Assembly: GCA_002104945.1 (NCBI GenBank)
Contig: MCFH01000002.1
Span: forward strand, 1-64,000
Direction: 5' to 3'
Origin: Piromyces finnis finn
Taxonomy: Eukaryota; Fungi; Neocallimastigomycota
DNA length: 64,000 bases
This document shows, in pieces, positions 13,230 to 28,104 of this stretch; the first letter of the stretch is position 1, and every line of letters starts with the position of its first letter. Below the pieces are notes generated by a model that saw only the letters and a list, made by a program, of their open reading frames with translations, searched no databases and was not told the DNA's origin. The position numbers and the translations under genes are program-made.

Positions 13230-15303
13230 TCATAAAATCAACAAGAATTGGTAAAATTCTTTTGTTATATTTTCAAATTCCTTTTCAATGGAATTTAATG
13301 TCCCTTTTTCAATGTGAGAACTAACTCTTTCACAAAATACTTCTAACTTGTAAATTATTTTAAATAGTTTTTTTATATGTTGTTCCAATTTTGGCTTTTC
13401 TTGATCTGAATTAATTTTATTACAGGAAGAATAAAGGATATTTTTTGTTTCATTTGTGGAGAAAAAGTCCATTTCATGATCCAAAAACCATATAATTATT
13501 AATCCACAAAAAAGACAGCATTCGATTATTTCTTTTAAATAACTTGATAATTCTTTCAATTTCTTTCTTCTTCTAGTAGTAACTATTAATCATATTATTT
13601 AATTAAAAGCACATTAATATTTATTAAAAATAATAAATGATATAAAATTTATTAAATTTAATTTTACATTATTTTGTTTTTTTTTTTTTTTTTTCCTTTT
13701 TTGTATGAATATTATTTACTTACTATTTACATTTCCATTAATTTTATATATATTTTCATCCTTATTCATTACATTTATTTTCATATTTTCATAATTTTTA
13801 AGAGATAAATCCTTGTTAGAGGATGAAAAACCAATCATTAATTTATATGATTCAATGATATTTTTTATATCAAAATTTTGAGATGAAGTTTCTATTAAGC
13901 AGCTTTGGATTAAGTTGGATGTTGATTCATGAAAGTCATTAAGAATTTTACTTAGACAAAGATTTAAAATCCTTGAACAAGCATTATAAAATCTTATTTG
14001 AGAAGTTGTACCATAGAGTCGAGGGGTGATGAATTTTTGTAATTGGGGCAAAATAATGCTTGAAAATTCAATTGGTGTATGCTGTTTATAAATAAATGAA
14101 GGCTGGAAAATTTGATAAATAACTTTATTACTTTGTTGATAATTATTTTGCTGTATTTGTGGTAATAATGATTCTATAATTGATTGTTTCATTAGTTTTG
14201 GTTTTACTTCTTTTAGTATGATAATGTCATCTTCTTCAGGGAAAAATTGCTTATTTTGAAGAATAATTTGTTGATAGCAACTGTAGCTAGAATATAAATC
14301 CAGGAGTAAATTTTGTGCTTTCTTAAGGATAAAAGATTTTGGATGGAATTGTATTTCATAATTTTTTAAATAACTTTGAATTGAAACTTTAAGCTCTTCG
14401 AAAGAAGTTTTATCTTCTTTATTATAATTATTAATATTAATTTCATTTTTGATAATACTTTTATTTCCATTATATTGAAATAGAGAAAGAAGATAAATAA
14501 TGATTAAAACTATGAGATGACATGGGCTTTTGTAATTTTGATATAACTGATTTAATTGAAAATCTCCATGTGATAATTTATCTCTTATTCTAATTCCTTG
14601 TTGTAATATTAATAAATCATAAATAACCATCTATTATATTTTTAATTATATTTATATATTCAATATTATTAGTATAAAATCTTATATTTTATAATGATGA
14701 AAATAATAACAAATAATATGAAATATTATTATTTTAATATAGATAATATATACAATATAGGAGGGTTTAAATAATTGAATTATTTTATTCTGCTTTATTT
14801 TTGAAGTTAAATCTAATCCCATTATGTTTTTAACGTTAGAAAGTCCATTATCATTTTTTGATGAAATTTCCTTTTGTTGGTTTTTTCCATTTTGATAATC
14901 ATCAACTAATAAAAATTCATTAAATATTGTATCAATAATTATATAATATTCATGTGTATTAGCTGTTAAATACCGATTTTCCTTAAGTTGATTTACTGCA
15001 ACATATAAACAACGTAATGAATGCTCAAATAATGGTAGTATTGCTGTTAAAAATAAAAGAATATTATAATTATTTATTTCTTTGTTTTCTACAATTCTCA
15101 ACTTATCATTCTTTATAATTTTAAAATAATAATGAAAGGCTTCATGCCATAACGTTTTGGATTCCTCAATTGGGAAACATGATTCATCAATTAAGTTATG
15201 AATAAATGATTTATTCTTATATAATAATTCATAATCTATATTTTAAATGCATTTAATAAAAATATTGATATCGTAAAAAATATAGAATTATTATTTTATT
15301 TTA

Positions 15304-15349
<46 letters not shown>

Positions 15350-17085
15350 ATATATATTACCAAAATTGAATACAAATTGATTGTTTGATATTGTATTAGA
15401 AAATGTTCTATTAATAGTAAATGTTGCATTCTTATAATTTTGTTTTTGTGTATAATTATATTTATGATTTAATGATTTTTTCATTCTGTTGAATGTAACA
15501 GTGAAAACTGTCCATGTAAGTTGAAAATAATAATGAATTGGAAATGAATCATATTTATTGTTCATTAATATTTCGGGAACTGTTATTGAAGGTGGCGGTG
15601 GAAGAATAACAAATCCATGCCATAAAAGATTTCTTATATTAAGATAATTTGGACCACCAAAAAGTAATATAAGTATTAAAGTAAGTGGATCAATATAATC
15701 ATTTTCATTTTCGTTTTCAAAACTTGATTCATTGGGCATTGGTATTGTAGATTTATTGTTATATTCAACTTTTTTTTTCCATAGCCGAATTAATTCTGGT
15801 TGCACAATTAAATCCTTAAAGAGAAAAGGTATTTTAGCTTCATTAAAGACTTGTGTATAAAGAATGTCACCTAAAAATCTTTCAAAGAAAGTAGTTAATA
15901 ATGTAAATGCAATTTGTGTTCTATTTTGAATTGAATTGCAATTTACATTTCTTGAATAAATATTTTCGTTACAATGTTTTATCATTAAAAATTGATAATT
16001 AGATGAAGGTTTCAAAATATGTAATATAACTTTTATTTTCTGATTTAAAAGTTGAAATTATTATTTTTTTTATAAAGTTTAATATTTAGAATTACTAAAT
16101 ATATTCGAGTTACATAGTCAATATTTACTTATATTTTTCTTTCTTACATTAACAAATTCCTGACCAAAAATTGACCACTGATAATCAATAGCATTTTCTA
16201 ATTCTGAAAAAAAAGTTTTGTTATCATCATTTGATAGTGGCAAAAGTGATAAATCTTCTATGTCTAGTTCAGATTTTTCATTAAAAATTGTACTTGATTT
16301 TTTGTCATTAAAACTATGCAATTTAAAAGCTATTGATGAAAGTCTATATGATAATATCTTTAAAAAATCGATCCATATATTCATATATTGATCGATGATA
16401 TTATTAATTTCTTTATTAACTATTTCACTGAGGTATAGATATTTCATTTTAAAATCATCCGGTATGCTTATAGTTTTTAAGAAGTTATCCTTGAAACAAT
16501 TCATATTTCTATAATTATTATATTGTTATTTCAATTTAAGAATATAATAATAATAATTATATAATATAAAATATATTATTAAGAAAATATTAATTTAATG
16601 TAATATATATATATATATGTATATAATAAAATAAAATTTGAAATTTCTGTTTTAAAATATAAAATTTTAAAAATTGAAATTATATAAATATTAAAAAGTA
16701 ATATAATTCTTATTACTTTAAATATGAAAACTCTAAAAATTGAATATCATTATCACATTTTTCCTCCAAAGAAAAAATATTATTCCAAATCTTCATTACA
16801 TTATTAATGTTATATTTTCCATTTAATTCTTCTCCACTAATGTGTACCTTTTCTAGAACATCTTTTGAAAACCCGCTATTTATTGAATTAAATTGCTCTT
16901 TTTTTTTTTTTTTATTTTATTTTAATAAGAACGTATAAATTAATAAATTATATTAATAACAATATTTATTTTAAATATGAATATAATTTTTTGTCAATAC
17001 CTTCATTTTTTATTTTTGAAATATTTTCATTTTTAAATAGTATTTTACATAAATTGCACAAATGAAAATTTTTATATGATTGCAT
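13230..17085 (-). CDS. ERMARD: ERMARD-like (DUF4209-type) ER membrane-associated RNA degradation protein, multi-exon
   Basis: Consecutive minus-strand exon ORFs carry the family-like motifs FERFLGD..PFLFKDL, LNIRNLLWHGF, LPLFEHSLRCLY..LTA and RIRDKLSHG. Additional upstream exons lie at ~16714-16895 and ~17000-17100. The start codon is uncertain. Confidence 0.7.
15301..15347. repeat. (ATT)n microsatellite, probably intronic in the ERMARD-like gene
   Basis: A run of ATT units lies just past a minus-strand G|GTAATA donor near 15360. Confidence 0.8.
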
Positions 17086-18797
17086 TGATTTGAAATCTTC
17101 TTCTTATTTTTTTTTAATTAATGATATGATTACTGAAATTACTATCTAGATTAATTTCTAAAAAATATTTAAATTAAAATTTATTTTATTTCTTCTCAGT
17201 AATATGTATATATATATATATCAAATTATACCTTTTTTAAAAATGTTTTATCCATATAAACAAAAATTAATACAAAATCAATAATTAATATATTTAGAAC
17301 CTTTTATTTTTAAATTTAATGTTAAAGCTATAATTTTATTATTTTTATATTTTTGAGGTTTTATTTTTTTACTTTCAAATTTAAAAAACCTTCTTAATTC
17401 TTTTTTATGCATTATTGTTTTACATATAGGTATATATGAAAAAAAAAGAAAAACTTCGCTTATTGATATAAAAATTAAAAAATCAATTATAAAAAGATTA
17501 TTTTAATTTAATTTAAATTGGAATAATATATTGTTTAATTAAATCTATTATATTAAGTAAAGATAAAATAAAAACTTTCAAATTTTAAAAAAATAAAAAA
17601 AAAAAAAAGGAAAGAAGAGTATTTTAACTTATGAATGTTAAATATTTTCCTTTTTTTTTTATTTTTTCTTTGGTTAATATTGAAAAATAAAATCTTAATT
17701 TTTTCACATTTTTTAAACAATTAAAACAGTATAAACACTTTTTTTTATTTTTTTATTTTTTTATTATTACCAAATCATTATTTATTTTTATTATTCATTA
17801 AAGTTTTGTATTTTTCATACTAAATTAAAGTTTTTTCCTTTTTTGATTACAAATAAACCAAGAATTTTTTGTATTAAATACAAAATTAAAAACAGAAAAT
17901 ATTTTTTATTATAACATCATTAACTATAAAGAAATTTTTGTAGATTAATTGAATTTTCTTTATAATAAAATATAAAATAGAAGAAAATATTTTATTGTAT
18001 TTATTATTAAAGTTATATTGTATTTATACTGTATATTTTTCGAGTTTTGTCATTTATCTCATCTTTAATAGCAAAACATTAAACAACACAAGAAAAGAAA
18101 AAAAAAAAACTGAAATTTTATTATCAGTATAAAATTTATATATATATATATATATTTCTTTTTTATGTTAAAATATCAAATAAATTCACAACCTATAAAA
18201 ATAAGAGTTTTATTTTAATTAATACTAAACATTTTGAAAAGAAAAAGAAACTACTTTTTTTTTTTCTTAAAAAATATCTAATATTCTTTTTCAATTTATA
18301 TAAAATTTTAACAATAAAAAGAAATGTAAGTAAACAAAATTAATTAGTAACAGAATATTAAAAATAGATAAAATAAAAATATATATTCTTTTAATAAGTA
18401 TTGTAAAAATATTAATAAGAATGAAGTAAATTTTTTCATTTATTTATAGAAAAATCTAATTTTAACTTTTTTTTTTTTCTTTTTAATTTATATTAGCCTA
18501 GATATTATGATATAATAAAATAAATAGTGAAAGGATTATTATAAAGTATTTTAAATCATAGAAAAGCAAAAATTAGTGGAAAATTAGACATTACTATCAA
18601 AAGTTTTTTTTCTTCTTTAATTCTTTCTTTTTTTCGTTTTCTTTTTAGTTTATTTTTCTTTTTTCTTTCTTTCTTTTTTTATAACTAAAAACAAATCTTA
18701 ATATTAACTTAGAATTTTTACGCATTAAACAAAAGTCGATAAATTTAAAATTTAATTTATTTATTCTCATATTTCATTTAAAGTGTTGTTCTTCAAT

Positions 18798-19993
18798 ATG
18801 CAAACCATTAAATGTGTTGTTGTAGGTGATGGTGCTGTTGGTAAGGTACAATTAAAAAAAAATTTAGTAAAATATATGATAGAAATTCAGATAGACAATA
18901 AATAAATATATTTTTTAAATATTTAAAAATATGCATTAAATAATATGTTTTTAAAATTAAATATATATATATAATAATATTATTATCACGTCTTTTTCAA
19001 TTATACTAAATAAATATAATTATAAAATCAAATTATGTTATTATTTATTAAATAAAAAGACTTGTATGTTAATTTCATATACTACAAATGTTTTCCCAAC
19101 AGATTATGTTCCTACTGTAAGTATTTCAATAAATATATAATTATTCTTTTTTTATTTTTAATATAAAATAACAAACAAACAAACAAAAAAAGTATAATTA
19201 AAATAATAGTATAATCTTTAATAACAAAACTATAAAGGTTTTTGATAATTATGCTGCAACTGTTATGGTTGGAAATGAACCCTATACTTTAGGTCTTTTT
19301 GATACTGCAGGTAAATATTCTCGATATTATATAACATCTATTTTTAATTTAATAAATCCTACTATTCTATTTATATTATATTATAATTTTCTATAATAGT
19401 AGATTATGTATTCAATTTTATTTAATAAAAATTTTTTTTTTCAATATATATATTTCTTTTCAGGTCAAGAAGATTACGATCGTCTTCGCCCTCTTTCATT
19501 TCCACAAACTGACGTTTTCTTAGTTTGCTTTAGTGTAGTATCACCTACCTCTTTTAATAATGTTAAGGATAAATGGCTTCCGGAAGTTCGTCATCATTGT
19601 CCTGATGTTCCATGCATCATTGTTGGTACACAGATTGATCGTCTTAATGATATTAGTACTATTGAATATTTAACCAAAAATCATGAAAAACCGATCACTA
19701 TCGAACAAGGTCAACATTTAGCTAAGGAATTAAAGGCTGTTAAATATGTTCAATGTAGTGCTCGTACTCAAGAAGGACTTAAAAATGTATTTGACGAAGT
19801 AAGAATAATAGTATTTATAAAATAAAATATAGAAATTAAATAAATACATACAAATTGAAGAGATATATTGAAAAATAATAACAATTACTTTAATTTTTAT
19901 AACACATTTCTTTTAAAAAATTTAATATAGGCCATAATCGCTGCTTTATCGCCTGAATTAGATAAAACAAGAAATAATTGCATTTTACTTTAA
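18798..19993 (+). CDS. CDC42: Rho-family small GTPase, Cdc42-like, 191 aa
   Basis: Five exons (18798-18845, 19060-19116, 19238-19310, 19464-19798, 19931-19993). They give [49 protein letters not shown] and a C-terminal CaaX CILL. It may be a paralog rather than the ortholog. Confidence 0.9.
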
Positions 19994-20988
19994 TAAAATA
20001 ATATTTAAATAATAACTATCTTCAATTAAAAAAAGAGAAAAAAATATTAATAATATCATTTATAAAAAATTTATAATTTAAGAAAAAATTTAACAAAATA
20101 GAAAATCTATTATATATAATAATTTTAAAAAGTTGTAATATTTTATCAAACCTCAATAAAAAATAGAAATAAAATATATTCACCCTTATAAAATGAGTAA
20201 AATATTATAATTTATTAATGATTATATGATAAATTGAATAATATAATATTTAATACTGAATTATTATTATTATTGACAAAGTTTTGTTTATTTTTATTAT
20301 AATAAAAATATTGTTTAGTAATATAAAAGATATTTAAAAATATTAAAAAAATTTTAATAATAAAAAATATTTGATAAAATAAATATAATTTTAATAAGAA
20401 GAATAAGAATTATAATAAAAAGCTATAGAATTTTATAAATGATTATAATAAAAATTTCAGTATTTAAATAAAAGACATAAGCTATAAAAAATGAAATATT
20501 ATATCAGTCTGAAGTCTTTTTATAATGATTTGCTATAAAGAAATATTAAAATGCTTTATAATTGAAAGACATTCATATTTATACTAATTCATTTTTCATT
20601 TTATTAATAAAAGATTATTCGAAATAGGTAAAAAAGTTTAATGTAAAAAAAATTATTAAACTTTTTATTTTTTATTTAATTCTTTTATTGTAATACTTTT
20701 AATTAATATTAATTATAATTAATAAAATTATTACTACGAATACATATTTCATTTTAAATAAAAATAATAAAACAAATTGATTGTATGTATAAATCACAAT
20801 AAAGAGTATATCAATAATTCATAAAAATAATTATAATAATAAAATAAATAATATCAGAAAATGCTTTAATTTTATATATTTAACTAAAAACTAACACAAT
20901 AAAGATTACTAATAACTCTGAAGTATAATTTTTTTTTTCTATTTCAAATTTTTTATTAAAAAATTTATTAATATAACACTATAATAAA

Positions 20989-23900
20989 ATGATAAAGATA
21001 CCCTATACAATTAAAAATTATAAGTAAGAACATTTTTTATACATAGATATTCGTTTTATATTTTGATCTTTTTATAAAAAAGGAAATATTCTTAATTAGA
21101 GTTGAACACACTTTTATCATTATATAAATAAATTCTTTATATTAATATTATATCTTTAATATGTATGCTTTTATTTATAAATACATTTTCAATATATATA
21201 TTATCATGGAAAAATTATTTAAATGAATTATAATATGAAAACTTGACTTGAATATTATTTCTTGACATAAATAATAAAAAAATATTAGATTAAATAAAAT
21301 AAAATTTATTGAAATATGGTTTTTATTACATTATTTATTTTTACGATATACATACTCTGCAGCATTACCATCTTGTATATCAAAAAATTCAATATGTACT
21401 CTGTCTGATAAATCTTTATTGCAACCATCAAAGTATTGTATTTCTTCAACTACTATTTATATGGGTATTGACGAAACTGGAAAATGTAAAGTGGATAGTG
21501 ATTTTATGAAGAATCCTGGAAACTTTTTTTTTAATAGTGATTATAAGTTAATGAGATCGGCAAATGTTATTGCTGTTGGTTATATTTGTTCAGGAATAGA
21601 TGCTACAAAATGTAGAATAATGGACGATGGGATATATATAAATAGTGTTTCAAGTACTTTAAATTTCGCTGTTGATTATTCTGCTAGTAATACAAACACT
21701 ACTTCAAAAAACATATTTATTGACCAAAAGACAAAATTTTATATTAATTCTGGAGTTGAAGGAAAAAAAAATAAAGATAATGAAGCATATCCTCTTATTA
21801 AATGTGATAGTAAAACATGCAAGGCTGTACCATTACATGAAATTTCTGAAGGATTTTATATTAATAGCGGCGATGTTTCTAAAAAAACACTTATTGAATG
21901 TAATAAAACAGAATGTAATTTAAAAGATAATCCTACTATCGGTTATTATATTAATGCTGATAAAGATGATGTTCAACATCCTTTGATACATTGTAATGAA
22001 AGTCAGGGCATATGTGAATTTCAAATTTTGAATTCTATTAATTCTGGATATTATATTAATTCTGGAAGTGAGAATAAAAAAAGTATAATTCGTTGTGATG
22101 ATAAATCTTGCTACTCTTTAATTCTCTCAGAAAATCTTTCACAAGGCTATTATTTAAACGCAGGAGACAGCAGTGCTCCAATTATTACATGTAATAAGAA
22201 TTCTTGTTCATCAGGTGCGAATGAAGGAACTAAATTCAAAGGAAGTTATCAACTTATTAATAACTCTTTAAGATTTAGATATACAGATAATGATACAATT
22301 GAATGTAATAGTGATAATGATTCAGAAAGTTTATATTATATGATTGCATTAGAAAAAGACAGTTTTCCTGGAGTTAGTGAAAATACCCAAGTTTTAATTA
22401 AAATTTCAAAGAATTCTATAAGTCAAGTAGTATTAGATAGTTATTTACCTGTAGGAAAATCCGATTTAAAGTTGAAGCATGGCGATTTAGAAATAGATAA
22501 AGGTATAGATTTATATTATTGTTCTAAAAGTAGTGAATTATGTTTATTGAAGTCTTCTTGTAATGAGGGTCATTTTTTACTTGATACACAAAGTCAAAGA
22601 GCTTATTATTGTTCAAATAATAAATTAATTGAAGTAACTTATTATAGTGGCTATTATATTGATAGTGGGAGTGTTGTAAAATCCCAAACACCTTATTTAA
22701 TTTCATGCAATAATGGAAAATGTAAAAGTTTAAAAACACCTCTTAATTATTATCGAAATGCTGCAATTCAATTTAAACCTAATTCCAGCCCGTTAATTTA
22801 TTGTTCATCTTCATATTGTTTTGAAGTTATAGCCAATCCCGGTTATTATCTTACTACTTCAACTACTAATGATAAAAATATTTTTCAAGGAGTGATTCAT
22901 TGTAAAAATGAATCTTCAGAGTGCGTGAATATTAAGAGTAATATTAATACTAAATATTATATTAATGAAGGATTTGATAAAAATAGTAATAGAATAATTC
23001 GTTGTACCAATTATCAATGTAAAACCATTAAGGCTAGTAATGGATATTATTTTTCAGAAAATACATCACAACTTATATATTGTTCAAATACATTTAATTG
23101 TGTCATGATTAATGCTGTTATTGGTTATTATTTTCTTCCGGATGAAAATCAACAGAATATTATCAAATGTTTAAGTTCTTCTAATATAGTAACTTGTGAA
23201 ATACAGAAAGCTTCTAAGGGATTTTATATTTCTGTAAAGAATAATATATTAATTGATTGTTTGAGTGATATTAATAAATGCTCTACAGTTCATGCAGTTG
23301 ATGGCATTTACCGTTCTGCTATTACTAGTTCTACACATTTTTCTCGAAATGATGATGTTAATAAACGATCATTTATGTATAATAAAAGTCAAACTTTAAA
23401 AGAGACAAGTTCTTTTGTAAATTCAGTGCAAAGAGCTATTAACAATATAATGTATAACATTATTATTTGCAAATCTGGTCAATGTAATGAACTATCTTCA
23501 TATGAGCTAAATAATGTTCCTTATTGCACATATACAAATAATAAATGTTTTATCATTAATACCTCATTAATTAATGAAAAAGTTATTAATCGTATTGAAG
23601 CTGGTGAATTTTGTACAAATTTTGATCGCTCTATATTTTATTTTGCCACTAACACCATAGATTTAGAAGTTGATACAATTGATGCCGATCTTTCAATTTA
23701 TTCAGATACAACAACTATCACTAATTGCGTTATTGTTTCTAATGCTTATGCTAATAATTATTTTCTTACCGAAAATCAAATTTTCCGTATTAATGAAGGA
23801 AGAATAACAAAAATGGCTAATGAAGGATATTATTTTATTGATATTGATAAAAATGTTCTCCTGACCGATAGTAAAGAAGAAAGTCTTTATAATAAAAAAT

Positions 23901-25264
23901 CAATCAAGCTTAGTAAATGTGATGGTCAAAAATGCAAAATAGTAGAAAAGACTTCGGAAATTTCATATTATGCTGACGTTAATAAACATATAATTAAATA
24001 TGATCCAAATAATGATAAATATTCTTTCCCTTATGAAAAAGATATAATTTGTATTTACAAAAGTAATAGTTGTACTCCTAAATACGATTTAAAAAATAAT
24101 GAATTATGCATTACATATAAAGGTGAATTAGCATTAGTAAGTAAAGAAATTATTGGCTTTGAAACTGGTTCATGTTATAAAGCAGCTTCTATTATTAACC
24201 CTATTTATGGTCTTTCTACTTATTTCTATGAAATGGATACAAATTCAGCTAAAAGAATAGTAACTTCTGGATATTATTTAACAGATAGTTTAACAAATGG
24301 TTCTATTAATATTAAAAAATTTTCGAAAGCATCGACTTCATCAATATATCTTTATGGTTGCATAGACTCTAGGTGTAAATTATATGAACCCATGGAAAAT
24401 TCCTACTACTATGATAATATTACTCAACATATATTTAAGTATGAAAATTCAGCATGGTATATTGTAGATAAACAAGGTTATTCATTTATTAAAATGACAC
24501 CAGAATTAACTCATGTTTACAAAATATCAAAATTAATTAATAACATTTTAATTGAAAAAGTAACTAAAAGTGGATATTACTATACTATTGATAATAATAT
24601 GTATGAATGTTATATTAAAGAAAAAAGCAATGTAAATTGTATTCCTATATCTAATAGTGACTATTATTATACTATTGATAAAAAGTTATATTACTGTGCT
24701 TATGATTCTGAAAATTTAGAAAAGACATTATGTAATATACAACTTTGTATTTCCGGACAAATATATTATTTTAATAAAAGCTATTATCGATGTAACATTA
24801 AAGATTATATTTATGAACCAATATCAGAAAATTTATGTCATGCTCTAGACACAGTAATTATAAATTATCCAACCTTTTTAGAAAAAGAATATCCCACTCG
24901 AGTAAAATTGATGCTTAAATATATGTATGAAATTAATATAACTGATATTGAGACTAATTATAATAGTTCATATATCCCATCCATTACAGGTGTATTTAAT
25001 CAATGCAAATATGATGTAAATAATAATATTCCAACTTTTAATTTAATATGTCTTAATAATTTTGTAGCATTAAGTTCAATTAATCCACCAAAGATTTGCT
25101 CCATAAAACGTATGGGCCTTGTAGAATGTATAGAAAATGAAGAACATCCTGGACGCTGTCACCCAGATAATGCTTGGTCTTATCTTTATAATATAAAAAC
25201 AAAATCCTTAATAATAATTGTTATATTTTTATCAACTACTTATTTACTTTATATGTCAATATGA
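20989..25264 (+). CDS. Secreted/surface-anchored Cys-rich repeat protein, fungal cellulosome scaffoldin-like (copy 1)
   Basis: The 3.9-kb ORF has many GYY(I/L)N...LIxC...C repeats. The frame stays open upstream to a hydrophobic signal-like stretch (IWFLLHYLFL..SAALPSC), and there is a C-terminal hydrophobic tail. A putative first exon at 20989-21023 splices in phase (gtaaga..tattag) to 21289; this start is less certain. Confidence 0.75.
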
Positions 25265-25509
25265 TAAATATTATTTATAAATACATAATAGATATACAAT
25301 AAATAAATTGGAGAAAAAAAATTAAAAAAAAAAGAGATGAATAAGCATTTAGCTTTTTTACTATAACATAATTGTATTTTATTTAATTTTAGTTTTAAAA
25401 TAATTAAAATAATTTATTTATTATACATAGATGAAACAAAAAATAAAAAAAATAAAATCAAATAAAAACTTTTAAATATCTAATCTTATTTTAATGTAAA
25501 AATTTTAAA

Positions 25510-26694
25510 TTACGTTTTCCATTCAAGTTCTGATTCTTTTATTTGAACTACATTAGATATTCTATTATATACTAAATAGAAAATTTGATCAAATTCTGCA
25601 GTATATCCGTTACTATCCATCATTTCACCTTTAGTTTCAATTTTTCCAATAGAAGGAAGATTTGGGTTAGTAAACACCAAACTTTTGGATTCACCATTCT
25701 CATTAATAGAAGAACTAGAACTATTTCGGTGATAATTTGCTAATAATTTATTTACAGAGTCTGTATTAGATAAGGCTTTATTTTTCGATTCAATTTTTGG
25801 TTCAGATTCTGATAAAGGACCATTAGAATTAGAAGAAGCAGTAGCTAATACTTTTGCAGCTGGTAAAAGCTTTTTATTTATTTCAGAAACAGAAAATTTT
25901 TTTGGTGTTGGAGTACTAATAGGGAATATATTAAATTCCATTTTATTAACTTTCATTGGGGCAGCTTCTCCTAATCTTTCAGTAATAACTTTAGCACCAA
26001 TAAAAGGAATACCTTGAATTTTTAATTCCGCACCAGTACTAACATATTTTTCTAAATACTTAGTTTTGTCTTTATTAGAAAGGCATTCCCAATAAAATTT
26101 CAAAAATTCATTTGCAAGAGATTCTGTAAGTTTAGGAACATTACTCAATGTATTTTTATTATTTTCTGTATTATTTGAATTTTTGGATGCTTTTTTGTCA
26201 AGCTTATCGCTTTTAGAACTATCACTACTAGTTGTGTCATCATCACTAATTGAAATATTTTTTAAAAGATGATTTATATTTTGATTATCTGTTTTATCAT
26301 AATTATGATTAATTACTTGTGTATAAGTATTATTTTGTTGTTTATATTCTGTATGATTATAATAATTATTTATAATAACTGTTTGATGAATAACTTTATC
26401 TTCATCTTTTACATTCTTTTTAACTGTGTCTTTGGTCTTGGAAGATTTAACAAGGGCTGTTTCATTATCAGAGTAATCACTATCAGAATTATCTGAAGAA
26501 ACTTTACTACTTTTTCTACTTACTTTTTTTGGTTTTGTACTCTTTGTCTTTTTGGGGGGTTCTTTTCCTGGAACGTTATAACATTCATATTTATCTTTTT
26601 TTGAACAATGGGTACATTCATCTGTACAACTTATTCCTTTAGCTCTACATGAACATTTTTTATTAATACAACCAGTTAAGCATTTGCAAGGCAT
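25510..26694 (-). CDS. Orphan protein: N-terminal CXC-type Cys cluster, Ser/Lys low-complexity linker, interrupted NTF2-like C-terminal domain
   Basis: Single 394-aa ORF with an AAAAATG start context. It contains CKCLTGCINKKCSCRAKGISCTDECTHC, then LANEFLKFYW..LKIQG..FIGAKVITERL, and later KGEM..FDQIFYL, which resembles NTF2 helices and strands. Confidence 0.75.
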   Translation of the reverse strand: MPCKCLTGCINKKCSCRAKGISCTDECTHCSKKDKYECYNVPGKEPPKKTKSTKPKKVSRKSSKVSSDNSDSDYSDNETALVKSSKTKDTVKKNVKDEDKVIHQTVIINNYYNHTEYKQQNNTYTQVINHNYDKTDNQNINHLLKNISISDDDTTSSDSSKSDKLDKKASKNSNNTENNKNTLSNVPKLTESLANEFLKFYWECLSNKDKTKYLEKYVSTGAELKIQGIPFIGAKVITERLGEAAPMKVNKMEFNIFPISTPTPKKFSVSEINKKLLPAAKVLATASSNSNGPLSESEPKIESKNKALSNTDSVNKLLANYHRNSSSSSINENGESKSLVFTNPNLPSIGKIETKGEMMDSNGYTAEFDQIFYLVYNRISNVVQIKESELEWKT

Positions 26695-27395
26695 TTTTGG
26701 AATTATTATAAATTTAATCAGTATTTATATTGTTCAAAAAAACAATGTGGTATAAAAAAATAAAATAAAATCTCTTATTAATTGTTTAATAATTGATTAT
26801 CTCTATTTTCTATTTATTAATTATTATAATTATAGTTGTATAATTGAAGAATAGCCTTATTAATAAAATATTGATTTATTTTATAATATTATTTTATTAA
26901 ATTGAAAAAATAAATTATTTTAATTAATGAATTTGTTAATGTGTTAATGTATATATATAAGATTATACTAAATTGATTCTTTAAAATATATAATTTAATA
27001 AAAACATATAAAATAGAAAGAAACCAGAATTAAAAAAAAATAGCATTAACATCTTTTTTCTTTTTTTTAATTTAGAATTTTATTTTATTTTGTTAAGTTT
27101 TACAAAATAGTTGTATTATATTATATATATATTTTGTGAAACCATTAAATAAATATAAACCTTATTATATAGTTTTAAATAAATGGAAATTTTTATGATA
27201 AAAATACAGAAATTAATAATTGATAGTAAATATTATTTGTTTTTCTTATTCTAGTGTTTATTCTTTAAAGAATATTTTATATCATATATATTTTTTTAAT
27301 TGATATATTTTGAAATATTTTATAAAGTATAAATATATAATTTTATTTATTTTATTTTGTTTAATTATTACATTAATTTTATTAATATAAATTAT

Positions 27396-28026
27396 TTAAT
27401 TCATTACTCTTGAATATGTTGATGGATGTATGCATTTACGAAGTGTTTTAACAACAAATAATGGTATATAACTAACTGAAGTTATTGCAAGAACTTTCCA
27501 TAAGAAATCAAATGTCAAAATAAAGTTAACATCTAATTTAATTATTTAATATTAGAAAAATACATATTAATTTTTAAATTTAATTATTATTTTATTTGAT
27601 ATAAAAAATTTATTAATAAATTTAATTTCTTTCCACTTACCGAAATCTGTATTTAAATAGAACATTGAGCCAATATAAAATATTATAGTAAATAATTGTG
27701 CGTATACTATAAATTTTTTCCTAAATAGATTAAATTATATTTTATTAAATTCAAGTATTCAAAATTTTATTGAATGTAAAATATAATTAATAATTTACCA
27801 TCTATATATTTCAAGTAGAACCATACATAGCTCATTTAAAATTAATGATGTAAACGTAATAGATACAATATTTATAAACTGATCTTCAAATAATAAAATA
27901 GCCATAACCATAATAGCACCACCTAATAAATATTGTTGATTTCATTATAAATAAAATTTATTTTAGATTACTTATTTTAATCAATCAATTATTTATTTCT
28001 TTTACTACCACTATAACTATTAATTC

Positions 28027-28104
<78 letters not shown>

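Noticed and set aside
15296-15360. Poly-Asn C-terminus of the 239-aa ORF
   Set aside because: It lies after a splice donor, so it is an intronic (ATT)n read-through.
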